From NCBI RefSeq assembly GCF_018977255.1, contig NW_024704760.1:1798001-1862000 (forward strand): a stretch of DNA of 64,000 bases, read 5' to 3'. This document shows positions 1 through 12,722 of this stretch, piece after piece. The position numbers were made by a program, and so were the translations under genes. The notes below the pieces were generated by a model. That model ran no database searches and was not told the origin of the DNA. It saw only the letters and a list, made by a program, of their open reading frames with translations. The first letter of the stretch is position 1, and every line of letters begins with the position of its first letter. The DNA is from Callorhinchus milii. Lineage: Eukaryota.

Positions 1-21
1 CCTCGCTTTCATCATGCCCAG

Positions 22-155
22 GTCACAAGGAGTTGGAGCTGACCAGGTTCCGGCTTTTCCGGGCTGTTCCCCGCTCCACCAGGAACGCTGTGGCTCCTAC
101 CCCCAACCATCCCGGAGAATCCCAGCTGGGAAAGCCAACCCCTCCTCGGAGAGCA
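22..155 (+). CDS. Unidentified coiled-coil gene, first exon visible in window
   Basis: cccag| acceptor at 20-21 and |gtaagt donor at 156; open frame SQGVGADQVP...NPSSES; phase 1 end matches the next exon. Confidence 0.55.
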
Positions 156-372
156 GTAAGTATCGGAGCCTGGGAAAGACAGAAAGCTCTTCCAAAACCT
201 CCCAGATACTTTGTGCGAATCCACCAAGGCTGACACTCATCGCCTATTGCATTGCACTACATGAGATTAAACGTCCACCGTGGTTCATATCACGTGAGTG
301 ACGCTGCTTAAATCGCTCGCTGTGCATCCTGTGAAGCGCTTTGAGACGTCCTACCCACACGAAGGCTTTGTG

Positions 373-740
373 TGTCAGCCTGGCGCAGTGGGTAACACTC
401 TCGCCTCTGAGCCAGAAGGTTGTGGGTTCACACAGTCTAAGCTGACACTCCAACGCCTTGTCGGAGGTGCCGTCCTTCAGACGAGACGTTAACCGAGGTC
501 CCGGCTTCCTGTTTGGGTGAACGCTAAAGATCCTGCAGCGCTATTGGGAAAGAGAAGGAAGTTTCTCTCCTCCAGGGGTCCTGGCCAACAATCCCCTCAA
601 ATAAAATCAGCAAACAAGCTTGCTGTGTGGTGGGACACGGCTGTGTGGATAAACTCCCCCCACCCCCCCCACTTCACAGTGTATCCTGTCAAGCGCTGTG
701 AGACGTTTCATTAACATGATAAGACGCTGCGTCAAATGCC
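373..740 (+). mobile_element. Deu-domain-type tRNA SINE (family A), degenerate
   Basis: tRNA-like head, then gtcggaggtgccgtccttcagacgagacgtt...aaagatcc...ggtcctggccaa, recognised from memory as the Deu core of SacSINE1/LF-SINE/AmnSINE-type elements. Confidence 0.7.
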
Positions 741-822
741 AGGCTTACTGTTGCGTAAAGTATCAATGGTACCAAGCTTCCCCCCCAACTCTCCCTCACC
801 CCCACCGTCCCCCCCCACACAG

Positions 823-967
823 GTGTGGAACATTTGCTGAGAGCTGTGGAGGGCCGTGCAGCATCTGATGAGGAAGAGGAGGAGGAGGAAAGGTGCACAG
901 AGGAGCAGAGTCATCAGGCCACGGAGCTCAGGAGAGTCCTGCACCCGGCCAGCTGCTGTGAGGAAGG
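823..967 (+). CDS. Unidentified coiled-coil gene, internal exon
   Basis: cacag| acceptor and |gtgagt donor; VEHLLRAVEGRAASDEEEEEEERCTEEQ...CCEE; phases 1 and 2 match neighbours. Confidence 0.7.
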
Positions 968-1027
968 GTGAGTCAGGGTCTCACTTGCCCAGCTGTGGGG
1001 ACGGAACACCTCCGAGCCCTAATAAGA

Positions 1028-1392
1028 GTGGATCCCCGTAGCGTAGCGATTAGAGAGCTCGCCTCACAAGCGAGAGGACCCGGGTTTGATTCCCGGCCGG
1101 GCGGGGGTGTAACTACGGGCAAGTTTCCTCTACGCGCCCACCTCTGTGTACCCTGCGGTAAGTAGGAACCCGGTCGTTCGTCGATTGGCGGATCGCTTTC
1201 TAGGGTAATGACCCCTTAAAAAAAATGTTGGTCATTCGACCCACGACTGTTTGTGGGACACTTGGCTGCCGCGTTTCGCCACGAGATACACGGTCGATCC
1301 ACTTTGCAGCGTATTCTGTCCGAGCGCTTTGAGACGTCCCAAGGACGTGACGAGGCGCTGTATCAAACTCAGGGATTATTATTGTTATTATT
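1028..1392 (+). mobile_element. tRNA-derived SINE (family B), full length
   Basis: A box, CTCGC/GCGAG stem, B box GGTTTGATTCCC, conserved body, aggcgct..atcaaa tail and (ATT)n. Confidence 0.85.
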
Positions 1393-1597
1393 ATGTAAAA
1401 CAAATCGGTATCTAATTCGCTCGTGTTCACAATAAAACTTACTGCAACGCTGGAGCTCGGCAAAACCGTGGACAGACGCAGCTGGCAAAGCGCCGGGCAG
1501 ATGACTGACCAGCCTGTCCGCCTGTCAATCACAGGCTTAGCAAGTGTCAAACTGCGGGAGCTTCATTTTAAATGATCCGCCCTCTGTACCCGACCAG

Positions 1598-1754
1598 GTG
1601 CCAGAGCCACGGCATCCGGCAGATCCTGTCTTGCAACTGCTGCTGGCGTGGCAATGCGGACGTCTCCTCCGCGAGGGAAGAGAGGAGGAAACTCGCAGCC
1701 GAGCTCAAGGCAAGGGACGGACGAGCGCAGGAGCTGGAGAGTGAGATAGAGAAG
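1598..1754 (+). CDS. Unidentified coiled-coil gene, internal exon
   Basis: accag| acceptor; CQSHGIRQILSCNCC...EERRKLAAELKARDGRAQELESEIEK; weak gt donor at 1755 gives the phase 0 needed by the next exon. Confidence 0.7.
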
Positions 1755-2373
1755 GTGCCAATGGGGAATCACTCTCAACAACAACAACAACAACAAAATT
1801 ACATTTATACAGCGCCTTTCACGTCGGGAGGACGTCCCAAGGCGCTGAAGATCTGTCGGGAGATCTTCTTAAGCACACGAATGGTTTCATTTGGTCAGAC
1901 TCCAGCAGCTAAACCAACACACACTCTCGGCTCCTCCAAGCCTTGGCTCTCACCAGGCCTGAGCTTAATACTTTCCGGGATTAGGTAAGCAGGGTGCGTC
2001 CCTCTGGGTAGAGAGAGAGAGAGATCCCAGCATTCCAGACGCAGGGAAATCTCCACACGTACGCAGAACTATCAGTCAGCTTTGAATACTCTTAAACACG
2101 CCACTGGGTTTAAGTGTGTGTTGGATGCCCGGCTTTACCCCCTTACAAAAGAGTACAAAACCTTTTTCAACTGGTGTGAACGGAGACAATAAACGTTGTC
2201 TCTCTCTCTCAAGCTGAGATCGCTGATCGGGTAGACCTTGAGGTTTGTTTTTGTTTTGCACGCGCAAAATTCCTGCTAACCTACCCGGTTGAAGACTTTA
2301 ATCCATGGGAAGGGATCTTCCTCTTTAGCTCGTGGTGGTTTGAAGTTCTCCTTTCGTTGTTGTCTCGGCGGTG

Positions 2374-2770
2374 GTGGAGTTCTGCGGCTTCGTGGTTAGA
2401 GCGCTCGTCTCGCAAGGGAAAGGACCTGGGTTCGATTCCCGGACCGAGCGAAACTTTAGGGAAGTTTCCTTACTCCCACACACACACATACATACACAAT
2501 CGCCTCTGCTTACCTGCAGTAAGTAGGTAATAACAGTTGTTAGTCGATTGGTGGGGTAATAATCCCTTCAAAAAAATATTACTAATAATAATCTGGTCAC
2601 TCAATCCCACTGTTTGTGGGGACGCTGCTGTGCGCAATTGGCTGCCGCATTTCGCCCACAAAATACATACTCAATTCACTTGACAGTTTGATCTATGGAG
2701 AGCTTTGAGACGTCTCGAAGATGTGATGAGGCGCTGTATCAAATGTGAGGATTACTATTATTATTATTAT
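2374..2770 (+). mobile_element. tRNA-derived SINE (family B), full length
   Basis: Same head, body and tail as 1028-1392. Confidence 0.85.
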
Positions 2771-2777
2771 TTCCTAG

Positions 2778-2936
2778 TTGACCTGCTCGATGGCCAAGGA
2801 GCTACAGCTAAAGGGGGAGGAGGTGGAGATGCTGCGGATGGAGCTGCAGATGGTGGAGACCGATCGGGTGCGACTCTCGTTGGTCGAAGAGAAACTGACC
2901 GATGTTCTCCAGCTGCTCCGACACCTCCAGGTCCTG
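2778..2936 (+). CDS. Unidentified coiled-coil gene, internal exon
   Basis: cctag| and |gtaaat; 53 codons [53 protein letters not shown] with heptad-like pattern. Confidence 0.8.
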
Positions 2937-3160
2937 GTAAATATTCCTCTCAATCTGCAACAGCGCAGGAAAAGGAGCCGCAGGTGTGGAGCGAACAGCC
3001 TGGACATATCGCGTCGGTGTAAAGAGAACTGAAAGTTCCTGTGTTCCTCAGACCTTTGCTATCTCAGAACGTAGGTCTCTCTCAGGCTCCTTGAATGTTG
3101 ATCCCTTTATTTTATCCTGGGAGGGTGAAGGAAATTATTCTCTTCCCGTTTCCATTGCAG

Positions 3161-3230
3161 AACATTTCCAGACGGTCGCTGGGGAAGATTTTGCTGAACA
3201 CCCTGAACGCCTGCTACGTGCCCGGACACG
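3161..3230 (+). CDS. Unidentified coiled-coil gene, internal exon
   Basis: ttgcag| and |gtgagt; NISRRSLGKILLNTLNACYVPGH; phases 0 and 1. Confidence 0.8.
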
Positions 3231-3521
3231 GTGAGTGATCGGCGGCTCGTCACGGAGACAGATCTCACCAGAAAACCGTTTGCTTAGTTTCAGTCGAACA
3301 TTAAAGCTCGCCTAAGTCTGATCGGTATAAACCGTATAATCGCCCAAGGATTATTATTATTGTAATCCTTACATTTGATACAGCGCCTCTCACATCAGGA
3401 GGACATTAGTTTCCTGTACAGTGTAGTGACTGTATTTTGTAGGCCAGCGCTGCAGTTACTTTGCGCACAGCGACGTTCTACAAAGAGCTGCGATTTTGAC
3501 TCCGACTTTCTGCCCCTACAG

Positions 3522-3649
3522 AGACATCGAGCTCCCTGGACGTGCTGAACTCTCTCAGCAAAGAGCTCCTCTCGTGCGAGTTACTGTCTGACATGACAGC
3601 GCAGAGAAAACAGCAGCAACTGGAAAACTCCCTGATCATATCGTGTTAG
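3522..3649 (+). CDS. Unidentified coiled-coil gene, terminal coding exon
   Basis: ctacag| acceptor; TSSSLDVLNSLSKELLSCELLSD...ENSLIISC then TAG at 3647-3649. Confidence 0.75.
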
Positions 3650-3992
3650 CAGAAAGAGAACTGTAAACCTCTGCACCTTGCTTCCATCCCTTATCCTGTT
3701 CTGGTCAGAAAGCCTTTGACTTTAAAATCTGTGCTCGCGGCGAAAAAAAGCAGCTCGAGCTGCAAAATATGCCCAGTCGAGCGTAACATATTAATAATAT
3801 AAGAGTGCCTCATTGCATCATTGAGAAGTCTCAAACCGCTTCACCGCACATACTATAAAGTGCAGTGACTGGCTGCGTATTTTGTGGGAGAAATCGCAGC
3901 AGGCAATTTGCGCACCGCAACGTCCTACAAGCAGCCACGGAGTGAGTGACCGATTTTATTTGGAGAGATGGTTGACCAGGACAATGAGAGAG

Positions 3993-4029
<37 letters not shown>

Positions 4030-4320
4030 GAAACTCCCTTCTCTTTTCGAATAGCGTCGCAGGCTTTTGAATGTCCCCCTGAACAGGCAGACGGGGAGTG
4101 AGGTTTAACGTCTGATCCGAAGGACATTGGCGGAATCTCTCAGCACACATCTTCTCAGCCTTAGCATCTTTTTATTCTCTACAGGTCCACAACGAGGGCA
4201 TTTCGAAAAGGGTCAATTTAATGCGTTGATGTTAATAAAAACAAGGCGTAGCTCTGGGTGTGGAGCCCCGCGCTTTGTGCTGAATTGTATTCCTGCGAGA
4301 TGGTACGAAATGCCGTTCGG

Positions 4321-4490
4321 GTTTCGTTCAGTATTCCTTTCAAGAACAAATTAGCGAGATTTCTGTTACGAAATAATATCTCAGGATGCAGTAGTATACT
4401 GTGTACAGTTTGGGACACGACGTGTGCAAAGCGACTGGCGGAAGGTGCACTGTATGGACCTGGGTCTATTTTTGCCGAGCAAACTGCTAT
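4321..4490 (+). mobile_element. CR1-like LINE 3' fragment
   Basis: FKNKLARFL-like ORF2 end; related copy at 17409-17550. Confidence 0.55.
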
Positions 4491-6729
4491 GTTCTGTATT
4501 TATTGAAGCGTTTACAGTGTGGGATGTGCTCCATGGCTCAGTTGCTCTGTAACGCTGCTTTGGGGGGGGGTGGGGGGACGGGTGGGGGGGAGAGTTGCTA
4601 TTGTCTGACGGTTGTTATTTGTTCAGCTTTGAGTACGTGTCGAAAGATCCTCTATATTTTAGCGAAATGCCCCAATTCGGGGGCACTTTCCCCTGCAACG
4701 TGTTGTTTTATTCTAAAAGATATATCACCCCCTTGTGGCCTCTAACAATCCATCACTACGGTATTCATTTGCGACTCTGTAATGCAATGCTCGGCCACTC
4801 CCCGGAGGGTGGGGGGGGGGGGGGGATATTATGGGACGGGATGTGGCAGGGATAAGATTGAGCGAATAAAAGTGGAACAGGAAAAAAAAAACCACACCAA
4901 ATCGCTCGTGTCCCGTTAAGTGTTTGGGTTGATCTGACCGGCTGGCGGGGAGTGCACTATGTTACGTTTCATTCGCTTCAACCGCTGCAGTTGTTGTTTC
5001 ACTGACAATGTTTCGCCTCAAATCATCTTTACTCCTGTGCCAACTCTGGTGAAATGTGCATCCTGCGCTCAAATCCCATTACATCCCAGGATTTAAAACA
5101 TGCTGGAGCTTAGGAACATTGCGTATTAGACTCTTCCCGCCCCCCTCCCCAGCCCACACTCTCTCCTTTCCTTCTGCCCACCCAATTGTGAGTTACCCCT
5201 GGAAACAGCCCTCAACTAAGAACAAGTCAATGATAAACAAGGCCCAAGTGAGGGAACCTGCCAGCCGGGCTCCCTGGCTCCCCACGCTTTCTGCCCTCAT
5301 GTTAAAAGTTCATTCGTGGCCAGGTTTTACAGAGGATTGACTTTCCCCAATCTTTTTTTCCCCTCCCTTGACAGATAAAGTACTTGACAGCTGTCAGCCG
5401 GCATGAAGGGGCTATGGTAATCACATCTGACATTTAGCAAGAACGCTAAAAAAAAATCCTTCAAAGCCAGAGAGAGAGAAATAGCACTCTCTAATCTGGC
5501 TCCGTCCATCTCCCTGTTAAAACCCTTTAATTTGGCTTTGCTCTGTTCTGACCATCACAATAAGCTGTTGACAAGATTACAGAAAAAAGCACTCGTCCTC
5601 TGAGATCCAGAATTCCACTCGCTCTTAGCAGCCCCGGTGTGGGACACATTTTTCGACTGAGAGTTTAAGTCCACCCACACTCGTGGAATAAGCTTAAATT
5701 TGGTCTTAAATTTATTTATTTTTTGTAAAAATTCTTGCATTTGATACGGCTCCTTTCACGCCGGGAGGACGTCTCAAAGCGCTTCACAGGGGTTACGGTG
5801 AAGTGTGGTGACTGCGTATTTGCCGGTGGACACGGCAGGCAATTCGATCACAGCGACGTCCCACAAACAGCCAACCAGTGAATGACCACAACCTCCTGAC
5901 TCAGACGCAAGACTGTTACTGACCGACAAGTTAGAACTCAATTTAAGACATTTTCCACCATTCTGCCTAAGATCTTAAGGCTGAGAGCATGAGGGAATTT
6001 GGGCCTGAGATGTCCTTTGCCGTGAGCTTCAGTGCTCAAAGAAAGATTTGTCGGTTAACACTGGAGATTACTGTCTGTAGATCCATGAGATAAAGGTTCT
6101 CGCTTCTCAGTTTCTAATGGAATTTGGCTCTGCCTCACTGAGCTCAATGTGGCTGAGATGGGTTGTGAAGTCCTGGATTCCCATCTCTCCCAGTATGAAG
6201 AGGAATCCGGAGTGAGTGAGTCAAGGCCGGTTGAGACACAACAGGGTGAGTCAACTGCAACTCACGGGCCTCAGATGAATTAATGGTTGAGCACAGCTGT
6301 TGAGCTGAGACTTATATAACCATAATAACATGGAACATGAAAGGCTGTCAGAAAGTCCAGCTCATCCCTTCAAACGCCTTGTGTGCAATTCACTTTGTCA
6401 CAGCTTCTCCACAACTCATTTCACCCCCTTAAGGAATGAACGACATTCACAGGTGAAGCACTTGAGAAAGAAAAGCACAGTCAACAACACTCACGCTGCT
6501 GAATAAAACCTGAGTTAGAAGCTTGTGGGTTCGAGCCCCATGTCAAGACTTTGAACTCATATAGTCTAAACTGGGTCTCCAATGCAGTAATGGGGGAACC
6601 CTACATTGTTGGACCTGTTGAAGTGGACGTTAAAGATTCTCTGACACGATTCGAAAGGAGACCAGAATTTTTCCCGGTGTCCTGGTCAACAATCTCCCAG
6701 ATAAAATTGGCCATTTTAGAGTTGGGGGA

Positions 6730-6940
6730 AGTCTAGCGAGCAGAGTGTTAGCGAAGTCAAGCCCGGACCTGATAAAAGCGCAGATGAGAGTCTCGGCAGC
6801 CCGAGAGGAGAAATCGTGGTGAAGGCGGCAATATTGCGGAGGTGAGGGAAGCTGAACGGGTCATGGCACGGACGTGGACAGTTGACGGTCGAACGAGACT
6901 TGAAGGTTCTGCACTGGATTGAACAACCGTAATATGGTGG
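6730..6940 (-). mobile_element. L2 LINE ORF2 fragment
   Basis: Minus-strand HLRNIA and AAETLICAFIRSGLDFANTLLARL match the L2 ORF2 C-terminal pattern. Confidence 0.75.
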
Positions 6941-7246
6941 GAAAATCCGAAACTTGCGACTTCTAAAACAAATCGACACTTCGGATTGATATATATATAT
7001 ATATCTTGTTTATTTAAAGTGTAGCCGCATCAATGATCTGATTTATAACCTTTACCGTGCCCTTGCTTCTAATTGGATTTCTCTGATCAGTCGGTGGATC
7101 AAAACTCTTCAATCCCAACTAAGAAATTAGGTTAGAGGAGGGACGATTAAGGTGGAAAGTAAAGAGAGAGAGAAAGAGACAGTGCACAGTGGCAGAGGTG
7201 TGGAGCCAGGCTCGAGTGTAGACGAGAACCTCTTGATAAGGGCTGA

Positions 7247-7486
<240 letters not shown>

Positions 7487-7624
7487 TAGATTTGATGTAA
7501 CGCCTTTCACATTGGGGAAGACCTCTATAAGCGCTTCATAGGATATACTATAAAGTTACATCTGTGTATTTTGTGGGTGTACACAACAGCCGATTTGCAC
7601 ACTCCAATATCCCACAAATCATAA

Positions 7625-7930
7625 TAATAATAATAATCCTCGCATTTGATATGGCGCCTCATCAAGTCATTGAGATGTCTCAAAGCGCTTCATAAAATAT
7701 ACTATAAAGTGAATCGACTGTATATTTTGTGGAATTATTACCCCCAGAAAGTGATCCACCAATCAACTAACAACCAGGTTCCTATTTACTGCAAGGTAAA
7801 CAGAGGCGTGTGGAGGAAGGAAACTTGCCGAGGATTTTGCACAAACAGCCACAAAGTAAATGACCAATTGTACCTGGGGTGGGGGAATTGTTGGCTAAAA
7901 CACGGGGAGAGAGAAACTTGCTTCTCTTAA
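7625..7930 (-). mobile_element. SINE family B, near full length
   Basis: (AAT)n-ccttgcatttgat tail, body and degenerate head on minus strand. Confidence 0.75.
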
Positions 7931-9419
7931 CAAAATAGCACCACAGGATCTTTAACGTCCACCTGAATAGGTGCAGACAGGACCCAGGTTCCATTCCCTC
8001 AGCAGACCTTATTGTAGTTCCTGTGATACTTTGAGACAGTTTGGCGTATGTTACCTATAAAGATGTGCAGCCGAGTGTTAATCAGTCAAACATGACATAG
8101 GATGAAGAGGAAAATATGGGTGTCATTTATTGTCAATTAATCTCCCAACTCACAGTGAACCAATCAACTTATAACAACCACAACATACCTGGGGTCGGGG
8201 TCTCGAGCGCTCTGGGACGCTACCCGGCGTGAGAGGCGCTATATAAATGCAAGTTGTTGTTGTTGCTGTTGTGGTTTGAGCGGAGCTTGCTCTGAGCTGT
8301 TTTAAAGGGTTACCGATGTTTGCGTTGCCATGACTAACACATGCGGTTGGTCTACAGTGGGGTGAGAAAAGAAGATCAGCCATAGATAAATACCATCTCC
8401 GTCATTTGCTAAGCATTTTTGCTCCGCCACGCTGATCATTGTTGGTGCTTAAGAGTCCAATTCTTTGATGGGTGTCTGTCGCTGCTACAGGTTATGCTCT
8501 TGAGTCGCCTTTATTTGCGTTTCATCAGAGTAGGAGAATCGTTTTGTGAAAGCGCTTGGTGAGATGTGCATCTGAGTGTTAGAGTCCTTGTCGGTGAGAC
8601 GTTAAACTGAGGCCCTTCTGTTTTTACAGGCGTGTGTTAAACATCCCGCCTGCCTGTTCAGCTGGACATTAACAAGCCCATGACGCTAGTGGAAAAGAGG
8701 AAGGAGTTTTTCTCATTTTCCTGGGCAAAAATCCTTCAGATAAATTGGTCCGAGGTCATGTAACAATACAGTGTGTAAAATTGCCTGCGAAATACAAAAT
8801 CACGGTGCTTGACAGTAATTTGATACGTTTTGACGTCATTAGCGTTGCATCAAATGCAAGGATTATTACATGTTGGCTGGACGTGAGCCAATAGCAAAAC
8901 CCAGGGGGAGCTTGTTTAAACATGCGGCGTCTCAGAAATAATTCATTCCGTGGGGGAAAACTGGTATCTTTCAGTTAGTATAGCGGTCTCCAGACGATAC
9001 TATTGTGGTATCTGTCACTCAATACTTTCCCTTTGCGCACAGCACTAACCTGCCATGGGGATGCATGACTACTGTATACTGCACACTGACACACACGCAC
9101 GCACTTTTCCTTATGATTATGATTCCAAACTACAGCGTCTCCCAGCGAATGCTTTTCTGACTGCTGCATTTTACAACTAATCCAGTTGATAATAATCTAC
9201 TGTAGACCTTCCACCAAGTACACTCCTGCCCACATTGCAGTCAGCGCCTTGGGACGTCCTCCCGATGTGAAAGGCGCTATACAAATGTGATTTTGTATTG
9301 CACTGTAATATCTCTAATCATTGTAATCACACTGAGCTAATACTGGGGAGCGAAACTCTTAATTGGTGGTGCTTTCAGAGTAAACCACTAAGGATGAGAT
9401 AGCTCTCCATTCAATGCAG

Positions 9420-9545
9420 GGTTATGGGGAGAGCACGGGGGGGGGGGGGAGTGGGATTAATTTGGACAGCTCTTTCAAAGAGCAGGCACAGACACGATGG
9501 GCCGAATTGCCTCCTTCTGTGCTGTATAATTCTACGATTCTATGA
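9420..9545 (+). mobile_element. CR1-type LINE/SINE 3' end
   Basis: gatgggccgaattgcctccttctgtgctgta + (ATTCTA)n-like tail; minus-strand copies near 27530-27635, 35480-35600 and 47855-47975. Confidence 0.65.
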
Positions 9546-12500
9546 ATCCTGTGGCCATTATTGGTAGGTCTTGGGGAGAGACAAAGATTGTGGTTCACAT
9601 GAGCCATGGAGTAGAAAGATTATGAATTGCCGTCGATCAGACCTCAATGAGATAAAGAAGGCCAAAGCTTTGGGATACCCCATCCAGGACAGCAGCCTGA
9701 GAACCAAGGCCATGTATCCGCAGAAGAGGTGCTGAAGAAGGTGTGAATGATATCTCCGTCTCTCAACCCGGAGAATATTGTCCTTGTCTGTGAGATTTAC
9801 ATCTGGAACCGGATTTCCCTCTGGATTGTGGGAATTTTAAAGGGATTAAGGAATCTGCCGTGGGTCCTGTCAGCCAGGTGGACCTTAAGGACCCCCAAAA
9901 AGAGAAAAGAGCAGGAAGTTCCTCCTGGTGACCTGACCAGCAATCCTCTACTGGTTAGTCACATTTATGGAACCGTTAGTGGAACCTGACAGGCACATAT
10001 GGACACCAGTTTTGCCGACAAAACTTGGCTAAAACAAGTGATCTGCTTCTACTTCGAAAGATAATAAAGCTCCTCGAATCGTATACTGTATCCCGAGATG
10101 TTATTTCCTATCAGGAGTGATGGGAGGTGCAATGGGGGCGATGCTGGTGGCATCGTGGCTTTGCCAGATTAGCAACTAACTCGCTAAACAGATTACCGTG
10201 TGGGATGAAGAGCTTAACCTGGTGGAGCAGTCAAAGCACATTGATGGCCAGCGAACATGTCATCGACAAATGGGCAAGAAGCTTAGAGACCGGAGATTCT
10301 TTGCGGAGCTATATCCTGCCCCGTATACGACCACGGCGATAATAATAATCCTTGCATTTGATACAGCGCCTTACCGCGTCGTTGCGACGTCTCAAAGCTC
10401 TTCGCGGATATACTGCAAAATGAATTGACCGTATAGTTTGTGGGCGGAACGCGGCAGCCAATTGCGCACAGCAGCGTCCCACAAACAGTCGTGGATTGAG
10501 TGACCGCATTTGTTGTGGGGGATGCGAAGCACATCCGTCTCGGTGACGTTGTGGAGATAGTGGATTTGTTTTAGCGAACGACGCATAGCCAGCTTCTGCT
10601 TGGGATGCATTACCCCACACTCACCTCGAGATGTCACTGTCGTTGACACTATTTTCCCACCGTTGGTAAATTTATCAAGATAAGGCGACGGGCTCCACGA
10701 CGAGAGCGCCAACTCCAGGCCTGCCCCAACACAGGTCCTGCTAAGCCAAGAGGCGCAACCATTATTAAAACAGCGATGAAATACTCACGCTAATTTTAAT
10801 ATCAATTGATATCAGTACCATAGCTGAACTTCCGCACACCGGGAAACATGTGAGGAATGGTTCTTCACCTCACAGCTATCTGTGCATCAAGCGCACGGTC
10901 ACTACACTTGACAGCAATTGCACGCGGAGCGCTTTGAGACGAGGACTATTGTCACAGTATTGCCGAATGTGGAATTATTGCCCGGACGATTGGGGAAGGT
11001 TTAAGGAAGGGGATTGATGATGAATCCACCGCTTAGATCATTAATCCTGGCAAAGTGGTTTAGAGAACTTAAGCTGTTTCGATCAAAAGAAGGCGCGTTG
11101 GCAGGGACGCGACGGAGGGTTTGAGAGCAAAAGGAGAAGGGGGTTGAATCAGGGGAGGCAAAGCTGCAGCGTGCATCCCTGTCATGTCAGAATGAAATAT
11201 AAAAAGAAATATGTGTTTCTCGTTCAATGTCGCTCAATATTCTACCGCAGAGCAGGCAAGATTCAAGCTGTTAAGCCCCAGGTAATGCTCCTGTTGATGA
11301 GTCTACGTGACGTTAGCAATGCTAACCTGGAGTTACCTCTCTCTGGGATGGGGTTGGGGGGTGGGGGGGAATGATTAGTCTCTGCTCAGCCAACTTCACA
11401 TCTGAAAGACTCTTACCATGACTGTTTGTGGGGACGTTGCTGTGCGCAAATTGACTGCCGGGTTTCGCCCACAAAATAGGCAGTCGATTCACTTTGCGGT
11501 AAATTCCGTGAAGCGCTTTGAGACGTCTCGACGACGTGATAAGGCGCTGTGTCAAATGCAAAGATTGTTCTTATTACTATTACAGTTTACACGGTCACTG
11601 CACTTCACACTTACTCTAACGCTTTGTCAATTAATTCCTTTTCAACACAAGCCGGATGACTATCTATTTCCAACAACAACAACAAGGACGACGATTTGCA
11701 TTTATACAGCACCCCTCACACAGGGTAGCGTCCCAGAGCGCTTAATTTGCCAACTGTTTGCAAAAGGGAATGAAACGTTCAAGGATACATTAAGATCGCT
11801 CAAGGTGGAGGAATAATCAGCAGGAGACTGCTTCATTGGGATTGCAACTGGCCGCCATCGAATTAATGTACAAACCAGGGCAAGGTGTGCGGCATCTTAT
11901 AAAAGTGTTCCTTGGGTTAATGTTCCAAAATTAACGCCAGTGGACATCCTTGCGGGTTTTTTTTTTAATTCAAGCCCCGTCCGTTCTACTTAGTAAAGGA
12001 AAGCTCCCCCTTTTCCGAACGAGTTCGCCGATTAATTTGAACAGGGCGTTCAAATAATACCCGTGTCGATTGCCGCTGGCAGAGATCATCCTTTAGTAGA
12101 CCACAGGACACTCATTAACACGCATCCCCCCCACCTCTAGGTGACCTCATTCCGTTGCCAATGTGTTTTAGCTGGCGATATCGCTCGTCCATTGCTAATG
12201 AGCTCTCACTAGCCTCAAACAGTAGCTTACTGAAAGTCCGGTCTGCACAGACAACAAGGAATTCTGTCGTTCCACGAGGGAAAATAATACTTGGGGAATA
12301 TTATCCTCTTAAGAAAAAAAATCACACCTTTGCTTGGAAATCCAACTGGGCAATCAGGACAGGATTCCCTGGGACTATCTCACAGACACTTGGGTCTGAA
12401 ATAATAATAATAATCCTTGCGTTCGACACAACGCCTTATCATGTCTTTGAGATGTCTCAAAGCGCTTCACAGGATATACTGTAAAGTGGAGTGACTGGTT

Positions 12501-12679
12501 GCTTTGTGGGCGAAAGGTCTTCGACGCTTGTGCTCACTGGTTGACTCTAGCATCTGGATAGAAAATCTGGGAGAGACACAAAGCCTTTCCTGCGGCATTA
12601 TAACTCTGATGGAGACAATGCAATTTTATGTGTCCTGTTCTGACTATATCCTGTTAACTGTTATTTTCCGATGTTACAG

Positions 12680-12722
12680 GTGCTGGTGAATCAGGAAAGA
12701 GCACCATTGTCAAGCAAATGAA
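12680..12722 (+). CDS. GNAT2: Cone transducin alpha, exon 2
   Basis: 43 bp, P-loop [15 protein letters not shown], ag/gt boundaries. Confidence 0.95.

Noticed and set aside
1028-1105. tRNA-like sequences (also 2374, 14343, 51900 and 57829)
   Set aside because: SINE heads: variable anticodon loops, poor acceptor stems, and each is fused to the SINE body
10130-10720. Non-repetitive-looking segments in GNAT2 intron 1, including a minus-strand FVDD tetrapeptide
   Set aside because: No sustained frame or recognisable RT context; interrupted by a SINE; cannot be supported without a search
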